The notes: generated by a model not told the origin, from the sequence alone. 64,000 nt of DNA from Corallochytrium limacisporum Hawaii (GCA_002811645.1 PDIP01000010.1:124001-188000); one strand, 5' to 3'; numbered from the stretch's first letter, positions 30,825 through 42,483 are shown. Made by a program: numbers and translations.

Positions 30825-32520
30825 TTTGCCTGTTTAATTTGTGTATCTCCGAACTAAGTTGTTTTGCCTAAATTTTGAACCGTTTTACACCTGCCTTACC
30901 AACGAGCACGATGCCCTGGATCTCGCTCCCTGAAATACCGGATCGCTGTTTGCTGCAAGTTTACTCACGTCCTTCAATTTTAAACTGTAGAAAAACAGCA
31001 CCAAGACATTCATTGCAGGCATAGGTCAGTCATCAACACCAACACCAACAATTCGTGATGTATGAAAGGATTGAAGTGTGTGGAAGAGATCTCTTCGACG
31101 AATATCTCTTTCCCCCCTTCCATCCCCCCCAATTCCATCCGTCAACTCTTCCGTCGATTGACCATTTCCTCTATTTCTCCCTCACGAAGCCCTGTATTCA
31201 CTACGCAACTTGCACACTTAGGTTTTTCGCAACCCTATCCGCGGTGCTGTTCCTACCTCCCGGTAAGGTTCGCCATATCGTGCAAGGACCCCTGCCACAG
31301 GTCGTGGGGTTGGCGGCCATGAGCCAGCCACTTTAATCGTAACTTGCACCACTCGCGCTCCTTCTACGTCGCTGATTTGCCGGTGTGCCTGTCATGCTCA
31401 GCCTCCTCCCATCCACACCCGTCCACACCTTCTCTTTCTTTGGTCATATATTTTGAACCCATTCATTTCGCGTCCATCCACCTCGAGGCTACAATTTTGT
31501 ATAATCACTGAACCATTTTCAGAGTCCTCTTGCGGTGGCGTCACTTTCACCCGAACCCGCAGGATAGAGGAAGGTCGAGCGGAAGGAGGGGGTCCAGTAG
31601 CCTTGGGGTTTCAGTACTGAATTGACCGTCCTTTCTTTCCGTCGGAGAGCACGGAGCAGGAGATAGAGGAAAAAGCCCCCTCCCGTCCCCGCGGCCCTCC
31701 TCCCCTAGCCCGGCATCACGCCCCTCCCTGCTCAGTAGCTACTCCTTTACTCTCTTGGAAGGGGGCGAGAACGAGGAAGGCGAGAAACTTTTTTTTCTTG
31801 AAGATATTTTTTTTGGGGGGGTTGGGGAAGGGTCTTGGGGCCGCCCGGGGACTGGGTGAGCAACGTGAGAGGAAAATAATTGAAGGCAGAGGGGAGGTGG
31901 AAGGAAAGAATGGGCCGCAGCCCCACTATGGAATCTGCGCTCGACGCAAAAGTGACATGCGCAAGCCCAGTCCCTCTAGCCTACGAAGTATATGGTCCTG
32001 CAAAACCTTCTATATATATACACCGCACCACGCACACGCACACACACGTATACACCCACCCACACACGTATACACACAATAGAAGAAACCCCAAAGGCAG
32101 GCACACCTCGGCAAAAGGTTTCTCTAAACTGCGCACGGTTTGTGTTGCGTTCTTGGGCCCCTACCGATCCAGGTTTTCTGGGCTCTTTCGTGATTTTCCT
32201 AGCCCTGTTTTGTCATTGTGTCAGTATTGAATCACTCCTATCTCAGCCAAAAACTGCACGTCTGGACACCCATAAGGTTTGAATCGGGAAGTATGTGTTG
32301 AGATACTGGTGAAAGACGGGAACGGGGACAGATTTTGCAAGGGGATAAATAGGAAGATTTACACGGAGCAGCCACTCAAGCTCTGGAAGGGAAAAAACCA
32401 ATTGCGTACGAGATATCCTGCGCATGACCTTGGGATAAGAGCACGGCTTCAATCCCCATAGAGAGTCAATGTAACCGTCAACACAACTAGCCCGTTCGGG
32501 GATGCGAACGTGGGCGAGAT

Positions 32521-32522
<2 letters not shown>

Positions 32523-32576
<54 letters not shown>
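32523..32576. repeat. (AG)27 microsatellite
   Basis: Directly visible. Confidence 0.95.
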
Positions 32577-32580
<4 letters not shown>

Positions 32581-32698
32581 TGCTCCAAGTGAGTTCTCCA
32601 GATACTGACCCCGTAATTATTTTGAATTGCACAGGGCAGCCATTCCGGTCGGGGGCTACTACTATTCCTATTACTAAGTGTATTGGACTTGATTCAGC

Positions 32699-33427
32699 TC
32701 AGGTCATGAGGAGGTACTGGGTAAAGGAATCCGCCTGCTTCACCTTTGCCCATGAACCGAGCAAGACAATCTCACCGACAACTAGATCCGCTGCTAGGAA
32801 ATAGCGGCCAGTGGGCTGCGTAAGCGGCAGATATGGTCCCTTTTCGACTGCGTACGTGTTGCCAGCCAGTTCCTTGTGTGCCTGCACGGCCTCCTCCAAC
32901 GACAGTAGGCGTCCAGCTCCACCAAAGAGATCCGGAACGCCAGGTTGCAGAATCTGGCCATCACAGATACCGTAAAATGTAACCAGTTCCAAGGGAAGCG
33001 CATGTCCAAGCTCGCTCTCCAGACGACGGATGGTCTTCAAGGGTATGCCGAATGCCAGCGACAGATTCGTCGCCGTGGCCCCGGAGTGAAATTTTAGGAA
33101 GTCCGCCCAAGCCTGCTTGAACTCGAAACTCTTTCTCTTGGAGTCAAGGTATAGCTTCCGAGCTATAACTATTTCATGACCCGCAGCAGGGTACCACAAA
33201 TGCTTCTTTGCTAGAGATGACCACAAATGGTTGTCATTCGCCAATGCCCGCAATCTCCTGCATGTATGAGACATCGCTATGAGCTCTGGTTCTTCCAAGT
33301 AGCGAAAAATGATTTTGACGACATCATCATTGAGGTCTAACAGAAGTTTACGGCCCAAGTGAAGCAAAGGTGCCTGCACCTCTGTGCTGATCAGATGGCC
33401 GTCTTTATCTGTAACGAAAATCCGCAT
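32699..33427 (-). CDS. F-box plus SMI1/KNR4-domain protein (FBXO3-like N-terminal architecture)
   Basis: F-box LLDLNDDVVKIIFRYL..MSHTCRRLRALANDNHLW; SMI1-like IRRLESELGHALPLELVTFYGICDGQ..RLLSLEE. Start at ATG 33427 or 33460. Confidence 0.85.
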   Translation of the reverse strand: MRIFVTDKDGHLISTEVQAPLLHLGRKLLLDLNDDVVKIIFRYLEEPELIAMSHTCRRLRALANDNHLWSSLAKKHLWYPAAGHEIVIARKLYLDSKRKSFEFKQAWADFLKFHSGATATNLSLAFGIPLKTIRRLESELGHALPLELVTFYGICDGQILQPGVPDLFGGAGRLLSLEEAVQAHKELAGNTYAVEKGPYLPLTQPTGRYFLAADLVVGEIVLLGSWAKVKQADSFTQYLLMT

Positions 33428-33434
33428 GACTTCC

Positions 33435-34043
33435 TCACTTGCGCCCAGCGTCAGAACCATCCGCGGAGTCCGCTGACTGTGTTTCTTGAGTATTGATACT
33501 AAAGAGACCCAGTCTAGACAAAAGAGACTTGTCTGTCGAAGGTTGAGTCTCCAGCTGTTCTTTGATTGCTGGAATCTCTTCCGGTTTTTGGTTCAAGATT
33601 CGTTCTGTAATGCTTCTGGACTTGGCTTCTGCTGCCCTGTTGGCCGGATCTGCCTTGATCTCACGCACAGTGGCACTTTCAGTTTCTGCTTTGTTCTCGT
33701 TTTCCTTTGTTCCCTTCAATTCTGTACGAAGTACCGCTACCTGACTTTTGAGGTCCTGAACCTGTTCAGCCAATGACTGTTCGTTGGCTTTGTGCCCGGA
33801 CTGCTCTGCCTGCAGTGCTCCATGCAATGACTCGTTGGTGATTCTTAGTCTTCTGTACTCGCGATACTCTTTAGCCAACTCAACCACCTCGGCTTCCCGC
33901 GCAACACTGTCTTTCCGGTTGGCTAACCAGATGGCCAACAAGACGACCGGAGTAAATGCAATGGCACCGTGGTAAATGAGGAAACCACGCTTGAGTTTTG
34001 TCCCCTCCGGTCTTGTTTTGAAGAGATGACTGAGTTCTTCCAT
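33435..34043 (-). CDS. Uncharacterised single-TM coiled-coil protein (202 aa)
   Basis: Hydrophobic segment FLIYHGAIAFTPVVLLAIWL followed by a charged coiled coil. Confidence 0.7.
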   Translation of the reverse strand: MEELSHLFKTRPEGTKLKRGFLIYHGAIAFTPVVLLAIWLANRKDSVAREAEVVELAKEYREYRRLRITNESLHGALQAEQSGHKANEQSLAEQVQDLKSQVAVLRTELKGTKENENKAETESATVREIKADPANRAAEAKSRSITERILNQKPEEIPAIKEQLETQPSTDKSLLSRLGLFSINTQETQSADSADGSDAGRK

Positions 34044-34571
34044 GGCTCAGTCCATGATTACAAGTGTAATACTAAAGCGGTCTCCTTCGGGCAGTTTGTC
34101 TGTTGGTATCGAAGGTCACATATTCACAAATAGCTTGGATGCTGTCTTTTTCCGGGTACCGCATACTCCCTCCCTACCGCGCGGGACGGGTTGAATGCGG
34201 CGGGTGGGGCGGTACCGGTACCGATCTTCTGTCAGTTTTCAGGTTTCTAGAATGCATAAGCCACTGTATTCGGTCGTCTTGTGATGTGATAGTTACGATG
34301 ATGATGATTATGATGATGATATTGTGATCCTATTGTAGTACGGCTGCCTGTGTGAAATATTGATGATCTTTCGTGATGATCATGGTATCAATAGAACCAT
34401 TGTCTGTTAGTGGACCATTCTCTTGGATGTGTAGAAAAGCCATAGCCATCACGGTCATTATACCTGGTGTTTTTTACTCTCTGATTCATAGCAAAGCATA
34501 TTCAAAGAGCCTTTGGCCCAGGATGGTTCGATATGAACAAGTTTTACAATACCTACCTTTGATGCGAAAAG

Positions 34572-35609
34572 TCAATGTACCTGACGAACGTTAATGTTTA
34601 GCCGTGTGTTCCGAAAGATATCCCGAACGGATTCAGGCTCGAGCATACCAAACACTGGATCCTCCTCGTCTCTGTGGTCCAATATCACAGGGACTCCATG
34701 GTAAGCCAGACGTCTGTCTTTTTGCATGACGACGACATCCCCGCTTTGGAGCAGCAGTTGTGCAGGCTCATCGTCTAATGACGAGGTGCCGATCAAAAAG
34801 ACAGCTGACAATCCCAAGCTGATACTGAATAGTGGAGCCTCCTTGTTCACCTCGGCCACATCTTGGTGGGCAGAGAGAGTGTCACCAATCTTGTAGTAGT
34901 TGATGATACCTGCCTCTGGCTTATATTTATCGCCACAGCCCAGAACCCTGGCCATGTGACGACACACATCCACCAGTGTTGATGGGATAGCAGGTGCTGG
35001 AGTGCCCTTTGCTGGATAAACGTACTCCTTGCTGGTCCAATCATATTGATAGCCAATGGTGAACCATCGCAGCCGTTTCATGATGGGAGACGATACCAAA
35101 GTCTTTGTTCCTTGTTTAGATATTAAGTTTTGCCTGCAAGACAGTAAATCAGCGATGGCTACAGTTTTGTCGCGCACATATTCAGCATCCAGGTTGCAGT
35201 TCAGCTCCGGCCCACGGATGTACTCATCCAGGGACCGGCTAAAGAGCTCAGCTTGACCTTCAGCAGTGAATACATTCCGCAACACAAAACAATTACCAGC
35301 GTCAACTACCCGCACGTTCCAAGATTCGACTGGATGAAACCATGTCACTACGGTTTGCGGAGCATCCTCTGCAATGAGATCTGCGGCGTGGCCTTTGGTA
35401 TCGCTGTCAAATATAATGGCGTGTGCTTCTTCTCGGTCCATTTGAGCCTCCTCGTCACCAATTTTTGGTTTTTTCTTTAAACCTCGTAAAACTGAACCAG
35501 CGGCCCTGATTCTCTTGAACTTCAGCATGAATGCTGTCTTAGACCTCAGCGTTTGTTCACGAGAGTCTGCCTGCGACTGCACATAGGCAGCACAGGCCGT
35601 TTCGGTCAT
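34572..35609 (-). CDS. ALKBH1: AlkB homolog 1 (Fe/2OG dioxygenase)
   Basis: LRWFTIGYQYDWTSKEY, PEAGIINYY, LSAHQD, SISLG, SGDVVVM, YHGVP, RLNINVRQV. Start at ATG 35609 or 35528. Confidence 0.93.
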   Translation of the reverse strand: MTETACAAYVQSQADSREQTLRSKTAFMLKFKRIRAAGSVLRGLKKKPKIGDEEAQMDREEAHAIIFDSDTKGHAADLIAEDAPQTVVTWFHPVESWNVRVVDAGNCFVLRNVFTAEGQAELFSRSLDEYIRGPELNCNLDAEYVRDKTVAIADLLSCRQNLISKQGTKTLVSSPIMKRLRWFTIGYQYDWTSKEYVYPAKGTPAPAIPSTLVDVCRHMARVLGCGDKYKPEAGIINYYKIGDTLSAHQDVAEVNKEAPLFSISLGLSAVFLIGTSSLDDEPAQLLLQSGDVVVMQKDRRLAYHGVPVILDHRDEEDPVFGMLEPESVRDIFRNTRLNINVRQVH

Positions 35610-36341
35610 GATCCAATAGACATTCTGCTCCAATATTAGCTGGGGCAACTTATATTGCTTCGCTCCCTCTGTGCCAGGGACTCCTGCACCTGAACTACCC
35701 TATCTGTCCGGTCCGTGCTGATTTGAGACCCACCACGGAGTCCGTCCAATCTCCTGCTGGGCTATACCTTCTGAACTGGCCCCTCCCTCTTAAGCGGCGT
35801 ACACAGACATTGATGGCTACTGGGTTCGGCGTCTCCCAAACACACACAGACACCTCTTGGCCCATGTGAGTTTGAAGGGAGCGGGGGGCTGCGGTTGTGG
35901 AGTTCTGACCGTACCGACCTTAAAGGAGACCAGGTACGTGGTATCATGAAGCCATCACCAGGAGGGGGGGGTCCTTTCCTTCGAGAATTTACCGAACTGT
36001 TCAGACGGTCAGGTCCATGTCCTGGAACCTCAGAACTGATAGGGCATCGACTTCTCGACGCTTTTGACCCAGTAGCTGTGGCTGAGACCCACTGGTGACC
36101 GCTAACGAAGGTTTCTATAGATCTGGCTACTTGAGAATACAACACTGGCTCACTGTTGCAGTAGAAGTGTAAATTTAAACCAGTGAATTAAACATATAGG
36201 GGGTTTGCTTGCAGGGTATGAAGCAAATACTCAAAACAGACATGACACCTTACGGGTTAAAAAAGGGAAGGAAATAAAGGAGTGAAATAGATCAAGCTCT
36301 CCTAAGCAACACTACACAAACTTAGTCTAAAGAACCACAAA

Positions 36342-38540
36342 ATGCTATCAAAGGCAGTAAAGAAAAGTAGTCTTGCAATAGTTCGGCCCGCAGTGGCAAC
36401 TTACTTTGTGCGCGGCATTGCACGAGACTCAAGACCTCCGCGACAGCAGGCAGTATCGCACGGCCTGCGGAGACACTTGCTAGATAGCAGATATAATGAA
36501 CGTCGAACACTGAAGCAAATATTTGACACGGGACCGTCCAAGAACATCGATTTTAACCTGCCCAAAACTGGTCTCTTTGGAATCGAACACTTGACGCATC
36601 CTAGCGGGTATGCAGCATATCAGCGAGAAGCACTGGCAACTGCGGCAAGATTGATTCGAGAAATCAAGACACATGGGCCTAGTCGGGCTACTATTGACAG
36701 GTTCGATGAGTTGTCAGACACTATTTGCCTCGTTGTGGATTCTTGCGAATTCCTGCGGAGTCGGCATCCCGATCCAAACCACGTTCGCGCTGCGCAAGAC
36801 ACTTGGCAGTCTCTGCACACTTACGTCACGCAATTGAATGTGAACCAGGACCTGTACAATGCAATGCGGGCTGTTCAGGAATTGCCGGAGTTTGAGACTT
36901 GGGATTTCGAGACCCGGCGAACCGCAAACCTGTTTGTGTCCGATTTTGAACAGAGCGGAATACATCTGCACGGGGAGGATCGCAACAAGGTAATTAATTT
37001 AACCGACGACATCAACGAAAACTCACTTTTATTCGGTGAACAGATGGATCGTCCTGGCCCAACTCTGCAAATTCCCGTCAACAAACTTAAGGGTATTCCC
37101 AATGGTATTGTAAACTCATTTCCCCGCAACGGAGCGAATGTCATGCTGCCGTCCGATGCGGCCACTTCTGACTTCATCCTGAAGTGGGCTGCGGATCCAG
37201 AGGTCCGTGCTGCAATGTATCGTGCACACTTTTCTAGCTCAGACGAGGATCTGGCCATCATGGACCGTCTCCTGGGCGCTCGGAAGGACCTGGCCACAAT
37301 CTGCGGCTTCAACTCCTATGCGGAGAAGGTCTTGACAGATACAATGGCAGGAGAACCGAGCACAGTGGACGATTTCCTGAGCACCCTTGCTTCTTGTATT
37401 GATGACCGTGTTCAGGATGAGATGACCATGTTACAGCAACTGAAGTACGCGCACGAACGGTCCACCGAGGCTATCCAGCCATGGGACCGGCAGTACTACT
37501 CAGGCATTCGCAAGGCGCAGACCGCCAACCAGGGAGGTATGGCAGCCATGGAATACTTCTCTTTGGGTACTTGCATGCAGGGCATTAATACCATTCTCCA
37601 GAAAGTCTTTGGATTGACGTTCCGTCCGGAACTGGCGGCTCCTGGTGAGCTTTGGGATGACAATGTTGTCAAGATTGCTGTAGAGCATGACGAGGAAGGC
37701 CTGATGGGATACATCTATTGTGATCTGTACAGCAGGCCCAATGTTAATATCCAACCTTCCCACTACACCGTGCGCTGCTCACGGCTGCTGCCCGACGGCA
37801 GTTATCAGATCCCCATTGTGTGTCTAGTGTGTAATTTCCGCAAGCCCACATACAATCGCCCTCCACTTCTGCAGATCTCGGAGGTTGAGACCCTTTTCCA
37901 TGAAATGGGACATGCTCTGCATTCCATGTTGGCGCGGACTAAGTATCACAACGTTGCAGGAACTCGATGCAAGCTGGACTTCGTCGAGATTCCCTCTGTG
38001 ATGAATGAGAACTTTGCCTGGGATCCTCGTGTTCTGAAGCAGTATGCTCTACACTACGAGACAGGTCGGCCGATTCCGGACCACCTAATAACCAACCTGC
38101 TGGACCTTCGCCGCATCTTTGCGTTCAGTGAGCTGGAAATCCAAATGATCTACGGCATGATGGATCAGGCCTTCCACAACACCAACCCGCCTCTGGGACG
38201 CACTTCAGCAGTGGTTGCAAACATCCAGAACACCTATGGTCATGTACCTTACGAGCCGGGAACACACACACACATGAAGTTTAGCCATCTCTACGGCTAC
38301 GGCGCTTCCTATTATACGTACTTGTGGAGCAAGGCTTACGCAGCCAAGATATGGAACGAGCTTTTCCGCGATGATCCACTGTCCCGAAAGGCTGGCGACA
38401 CGTACCGGAAAGAGGTCTTGGCCTATGGCGGTGGAAAAGAACCCAACGAGATCGCTAAAGCCGTCCTTGGCTCTCTTCCCAGCAACGCATCCCTCGTGGA
38501 TGCCATTGTGACGGACGCGCAGAGCGGACCAATGAATTGA
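36342..38540 (+). CDS. MIPEP: Mitochondrial intermediate peptidase (M3)
   Basis: Transit peptide, DELSDTICLVVD, FHEMGHALHSML, GTRC..DFVEIPS, HLYGYGASYYTYLW. Confidence 0.95.
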   Translation: MLSKAVKKSSLAIVRPAVATYFVRGIARDSRPPRQQAVSHGLRRHLLDSRYNERRTLKQIFDTGPSKNIDFNLPKTGLFGIEHLTHPSGYAAYQREALATAARLIREIKTHGPSRATIDRFDELSDTICLVVDSCEFLRSRHPDPNHVRAAQDTWQSLHTYVTQLNVNQDLYNAMRAVQELPEFETWDFETRRTANLFVSDFEQSGIHLHGEDRNKVINLTDDINENSLLFGEQMDRPGPTLQIPVNKLKGIPNGIVNSFPRNGANVMLPSDAATSDFILKWAADPEVRAAMYRAHFSSSDEDLAIMDRLLGARKDLATICGFNSYAEKVLTDTMAGEPSTVDDFLSTLASCIDDRVQDEMTMLQQLKYAHERSTEAIQPWDRQYYSGIRKAQTANQGGMAAMEYFSLGTCMQGINTILQKVFGLTFRPELAAPGELWDDNVVKIAVEHDEEGLMGYIYCDLYSRPNVNIQPSHYTVRCSRLLPDGSYQIPIVCLVCNFRKPTYNRPPLLQISEVETLFHEMGHALHSMLARTKYHNVAGTRCKLDFVEIPSVMNENFAWDPRVLKQYALHYETGRPIPDHLITNLLDLRRIFAFSELEIQMIYGMMDQAFHNTNPPLGRTSAVVANIQNTYGHVPYEPGTHTHMKFSHLYGYGASYYTYLWSKAYAAKIWNELFRDDPLSRKAGDTYRKEVLAYGGGKEPNEIAKAVLGSLPSNASLVDAIVTDAQSGPMN

Positions 38541-39705
38541 GACAGTGCTTTGTAATACACAACCACATGTACCAATTTCTCCATGCGTTACAACACCTAA
38601 GACACGTGCAATTGTCTACAAACAATCACGAACCGATCTTAGGGGCAACCCAGAGGCATGCCGATGACAATAGCAGGTAAGGGCCTGGACATCCGCAGAT
38701 CAATCGTAAGCCCCAATGCACCGGAAACCCCTAACGCAACCCAACCGGACTGAAACCAATGAAGGGGGAGCTCACAGGTACGATTGTGTGCGGTCCATCT
38801 GAGCAGCAGCACAATAACTGTTGGCTGCCAGCTTTCCTGAAGGCCTCAATGCACCAGCAACCCCTGCAAACTGCCAATGTCAGGAACGGAGCCCTCCACC
38901 CCGCCGCTGCTAGACTAGGCCGATAGCCTCCGATCACTGAGCAAGGCCGACCCTCTCTTCCCCCCCCCCCCCCCCCCCCTTATCCAAGGGTGGCGGCGGG
39001 GTGCGTCGGTCCCTCTCCTCGCCCTCTGCCTGAAGCCCCTGTCTCGGTCACCGCGAGAGAGCGCAGGGAAAAGGAGAGAAAGGACCAACCAGCCACAGTC
39101 CCACGTGTCTCCCCCCAACGCCCTTTTCTTCTCTTCTCTCTCTCTTCGAGTCCCTCGTTTTGTCGACCATCGGTGGAATACCCTTTGTTTCCTCTCCCGT
39201 CCCCGTTCTTTCGCAGGGGGAGGGCCCTGCACGGAGCGCTACTCTGCTCAGTCAAACGCAGAGGAAGACTTGAGGAGCGGGCCCCTGAGCGCCTTCGCTG
39301 CGGTGGAGACCTGTGCCTCCGGTGCGTGTGTGCTCCGCGCACTTAGGAAACTGGGAAGAAATTCATAAACAGAAGACTGTCGGATCAGCAAGCAGTGCGC
39401 TGATGGAAGATGGGAAGTGGGTAAATTTGGACTGTTTGATTTGATGTCCAACTCGGAGCTGCTGCCTATTTCACAAGTTCTGTCCTGCCCAATGAACGAC
39501 ACTTTCTCTGTCTGCGCGGTTGGAGGCTAGGAGAGCAGAAAACGGGAACAACATAAGATCCCTCTTGCAGAATGAGAACTCTGTAAGACAAGGAGACACA
39601 AAGAAATCCAGGAATAAACAGAGAGACCTCTATGACGTTACAGGTCTCTGATTAGTAGCAAAGAACCTAGACACTGATTAACTAGTAACAAAATACTTCC
39701 AAACA

Positions 39706-42483
39706 ATGGCACCAAATCGTAAGGGAGGCGGTAAGAAGGCCAAGGCCATGGCGGCAGCAGCTGCTGCTGCTGCTGCTGGTGCGAAACCTGCGCCACCTGC
39801 CAAGGTGCAGCAGAATGGTGGCCCTGCGGCGGAGAACAAAGGACCTCGGGGCGATGAGCCTCTTCCAGCTAAGGAACAAAATTTGTTCCGGCAGATTGTG
39901 AATTTGTACGAGCGCAAGCAGTACAAAAAGGGAATAAAGACCTGCGAACAGGTGCTGAAGAAGTTCCCGAATCACGGTGAGACACTGGCCATGAAAGGGT
40001 TATTGTGCATGTATCTGAACCGGAAGACTGAAGCCTACGAGCTGGTACGCCTGGGTCTACGGAATAACCTCAAGTCGCACATTTGCTGGCACGTTTACGG
40101 ATTACTCTGGCGCATGGACAAGAACTATGATGAAGCTGTAAAGTCTTACAACAATGCGCTCAAGTGGGACAAGGAAAATATCAACATTCTTCGTGACTTA
40201 GCATACCTGCAGATCCAGATTCGGGACGAGGTCGGAGTCAAGGACACTGCTCATCGTCTGCTTGAACTCAGGCCACAGCAGCGGGCGAACTGGTTGCGAC
40301 TCGCGATCTCCTACCACTTGCTGGGACGCCACTCCATGGCCATCAAAATTCTGGAACAGTACGAAAAGATCCAGGCAAGTGAGAACCAAAGTAACAATAA
40401 GGCAGACTATGAAGAGTCTGAACTGCAAATGTACATGGCCATGATTGTGGAAGAGAGCGGGGATGTCGATGCTGCCATTGAACAGTACAAGCAGAGCAGT
40501 CCAAGGGTCATTGATCGGCGCGCTTTTAAGGAGAACATGCTCCGTCTGTTCCGTCAGAAGGGAGACACGGAAAAAGCACTAACCATTGCCAAGCAGCTCT
40601 TCAAAGAGAATAGTGATTGCATGGACTACCTAGAGCAGTATGCGGCGGTCAAAGGCTTTGATAACCAAGGGCATGATGTCAAGGAGGAGGTCCGCTTCTA
40701 CAATAACCTGTCCAACATATATCCCCGGTCATTACCCCTGCAGGTCTTGCCGCTGATCAAGCTTCCTGCCGATGAAGAAACGTTTGTTCAGGGCTTGGAC
40801 GAATTCATTCGCAAGGGACTCAACAAGGGAGTACCGTCCCTTTTCAACACGCTCAAGCCACTATACAATGATCCCAAGAAGGCTGCAGTCATTGAGAAGA
40901 CCGTTCTGAAGATCAAGGACGATACCAAGCCGGAAGCAAACGCTGGCGCCGTGAGCTCACCGATCAGTGCCTATGTATGGTGCTTGAATTTCTTGGCCCT
41001 GCACTACTCTCAGTCCGAGTCGCCCCTTAAGGCTGTCGCTGAGATCGATGAGGCCCTAAGGCACACTCCAACACTTCTGGACCTCTACACCACCAAGGCT
41101 GAGATTCTGAGAAAACATGGGGCTATGCTGGCGGCGGCACACAACATGAACATTGCTCGCGGGTTCGACACCGCCGATCGCTACCTCAATAGTGCCTGCG
41201 GTGAGGCCATGCTCAATGCCGGCTTGGTTGACGATGCTGAGAAGGTGCTGTCTCTCTTCACTCGCACTGAAGACAAGAAGGAGGATCCAAAGCTCACTTA
41301 CCTGTACGATATGCAGTGTATGTGGTACGAGCGGGATGCTGGCCGGGCGCATCGTCGTGCTGGCCGAATTGGACCGGCCCTGAAGAAGTTCCACGCGATG
41401 CTCACTCATTTCAATGATTTCCAGGAGGATCAGTTCGATTTCCATTCCTACTGCATGCGGAAAATGACCTTGCGCGCCTACGTCAAGATGCTGCGCTTCG
41501 AGGACAACCTGCGAAGCCATGAGTACTTTGGCGCTGCGGCTGCGGAGGCCATTGCCATCTACATTGATCTCGCTGATCACCCGGAGAAGTACATTTCGCG
41601 ATCGGATGACCTGGATGAAGAAATGAAGAACCTGAGTCTGGAGGAGCAGAAGAAGTTAAAGCGCAAGCGCGCAAAGGAGGCGGCCCGAAAGGCCGAAGAA
41701 GAAGCGGCCAAAAAAGAAAAGGAAGCCAAGGAGTCTAAAGCCAACAAGAAGGACGGCGAAGAAGACGAGAAGAAGGACGACGATCCGGACGGTGCCAAGC
41801 TCATGGGCACCAAGACGCCATTGGAGGATGCGATGAAGTTCCTCACACCTCTAACGCTCCTCAAGAAGGACTCTATCAACACTCATGTCCTCGCCGTCGA
41901 GGTCTATGTCCGACGCGAAAAGTTGTTGTTGGCCCTCAAGCACCTGCTTGCCGCCCATAGGATTGACGCCAACAATGCTAAGTTGCACCCGGTCCTTGTC
42001 TTCTTTGGCCAGGCGCTAGAGGCCAAGCGGTCCAAGATCAACACAACTGTTCTTGCCGTCCTCGACGATGGCTTCGCTGAATTGCTGAAACCCTATGGCG
42101 CTGACTCTGTCAAGGATGTGGTAGCTAAGTTCGGTGCTGAACAGGCACGTAACTCTCTGAGCCACACTGTAGCCGCGGCCAAGGCGGCCCTAATTCTCGA
42201 ACAGAGCTCTGATGCGAGCAAGAAACAGGCCGACGCTCTGATCGCTGGGTATCCCGTCGCCGCCGGAAAGGGCACGCCCTCCGTGACCCTTGCTGAGGCG
42301 CTTGAGGCCCTTAGCACTCTGAGCTCCGAGGCTAGCCGTGAGCAGTTCAAGGAGGCCTGCAGGGCTGTCTTCCCTCTCTGTGAGGACTTTGGTTACGAAC
42401 CGAAGGACGAAGCCGCCTTCCCGGGGACCGACGAGCTGCTCGATGCCCTGGAATCGACTATGGGAGAGATCGTGGAAGCCTGA
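39706..42483 (+). CDS. NAA15: NatA auxiliary subunit Naa15/Nat1
   Basis: TPRs; HGETLAMKGL, SHICWHVYGL, KGVPSLF, HTPTL, DTADRYLNS, DQFDFHSYCMRKMTLRAY, DDDPDG. Confidence 0.96.
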   Translation: MAPNRKGGGKKAKAMAAAAAAAAAGAKPAPPAKVQQNGGPAAENKGPRGDEPLPAKEQNLFRQIVNLYERKQYKKGIKTCEQVLKKFPNHGETLAMKGLLCMYLNRKTEAYELVRLGLRNNLKSHICWHVYGLLWRMDKNYDEAVKSYNNALKWDKENINILRDLAYLQIQIRDEVGVKDTAHRLLELRPQQRANWLRLAISYHLLGRHSMAIKILEQYEKIQASENQSNNKADYEESELQMYMAMIVEESGDVDAAIEQYKQSSPRVIDRRAFKENMLRLFRQKGDTEKALTIAKQLFKENSDCMDYLEQYAAVKGFDNQGHDVKEEVRFYNNLSNIYPRSLPLQVLPLIKLPADEETFVQGLDEFIRKGLNKGVPSLFNTLKPLYNDPKKAAVIEKTVLKIKDDTKPEANAGAVSSPISAYVWCLNFLALHYSQSESPLKAVAEIDEALRHTPTLLDLYTTKAEILRKHGAMLAAAHNMNIARGFDTADRYLNSACGEAMLNAGLVDDAEKVLSLFTRTEDKKEDPKLTYLYDMQCMWYERDAGRAHRRAGRIGPALKKFHAMLTHFNDFQEDQFDFHSYCMRKMTLRAYVKMLRFEDNLRSHEYFGAAAAEAIAIYIDLADHPEKYISRSDDLDEEMKNLSLEEQKKLKRKRAKEAARKAEEEAAKKEKEAKESKANKKDGEEDEKKDDDPDGAKLMGTKTPLEDAMKFLTPLTLLKKDSINTHVLAVEVYVRREKLLLALKHLLAAHRIDANNAKLHPVLVFFGQALEAKRSKINTTVLAVLDDGFAELLKPYGADSVKDVVAKFGAEQARNSLSHTVAAAKAALILEQSSDASKKQADALIAGYPVAAGKGTPSVTLAEALEALSTLSSEASREQFKEACRAVFPLCEDFGYEPKDEAAFPGTDELLDALESTMGEIVEA

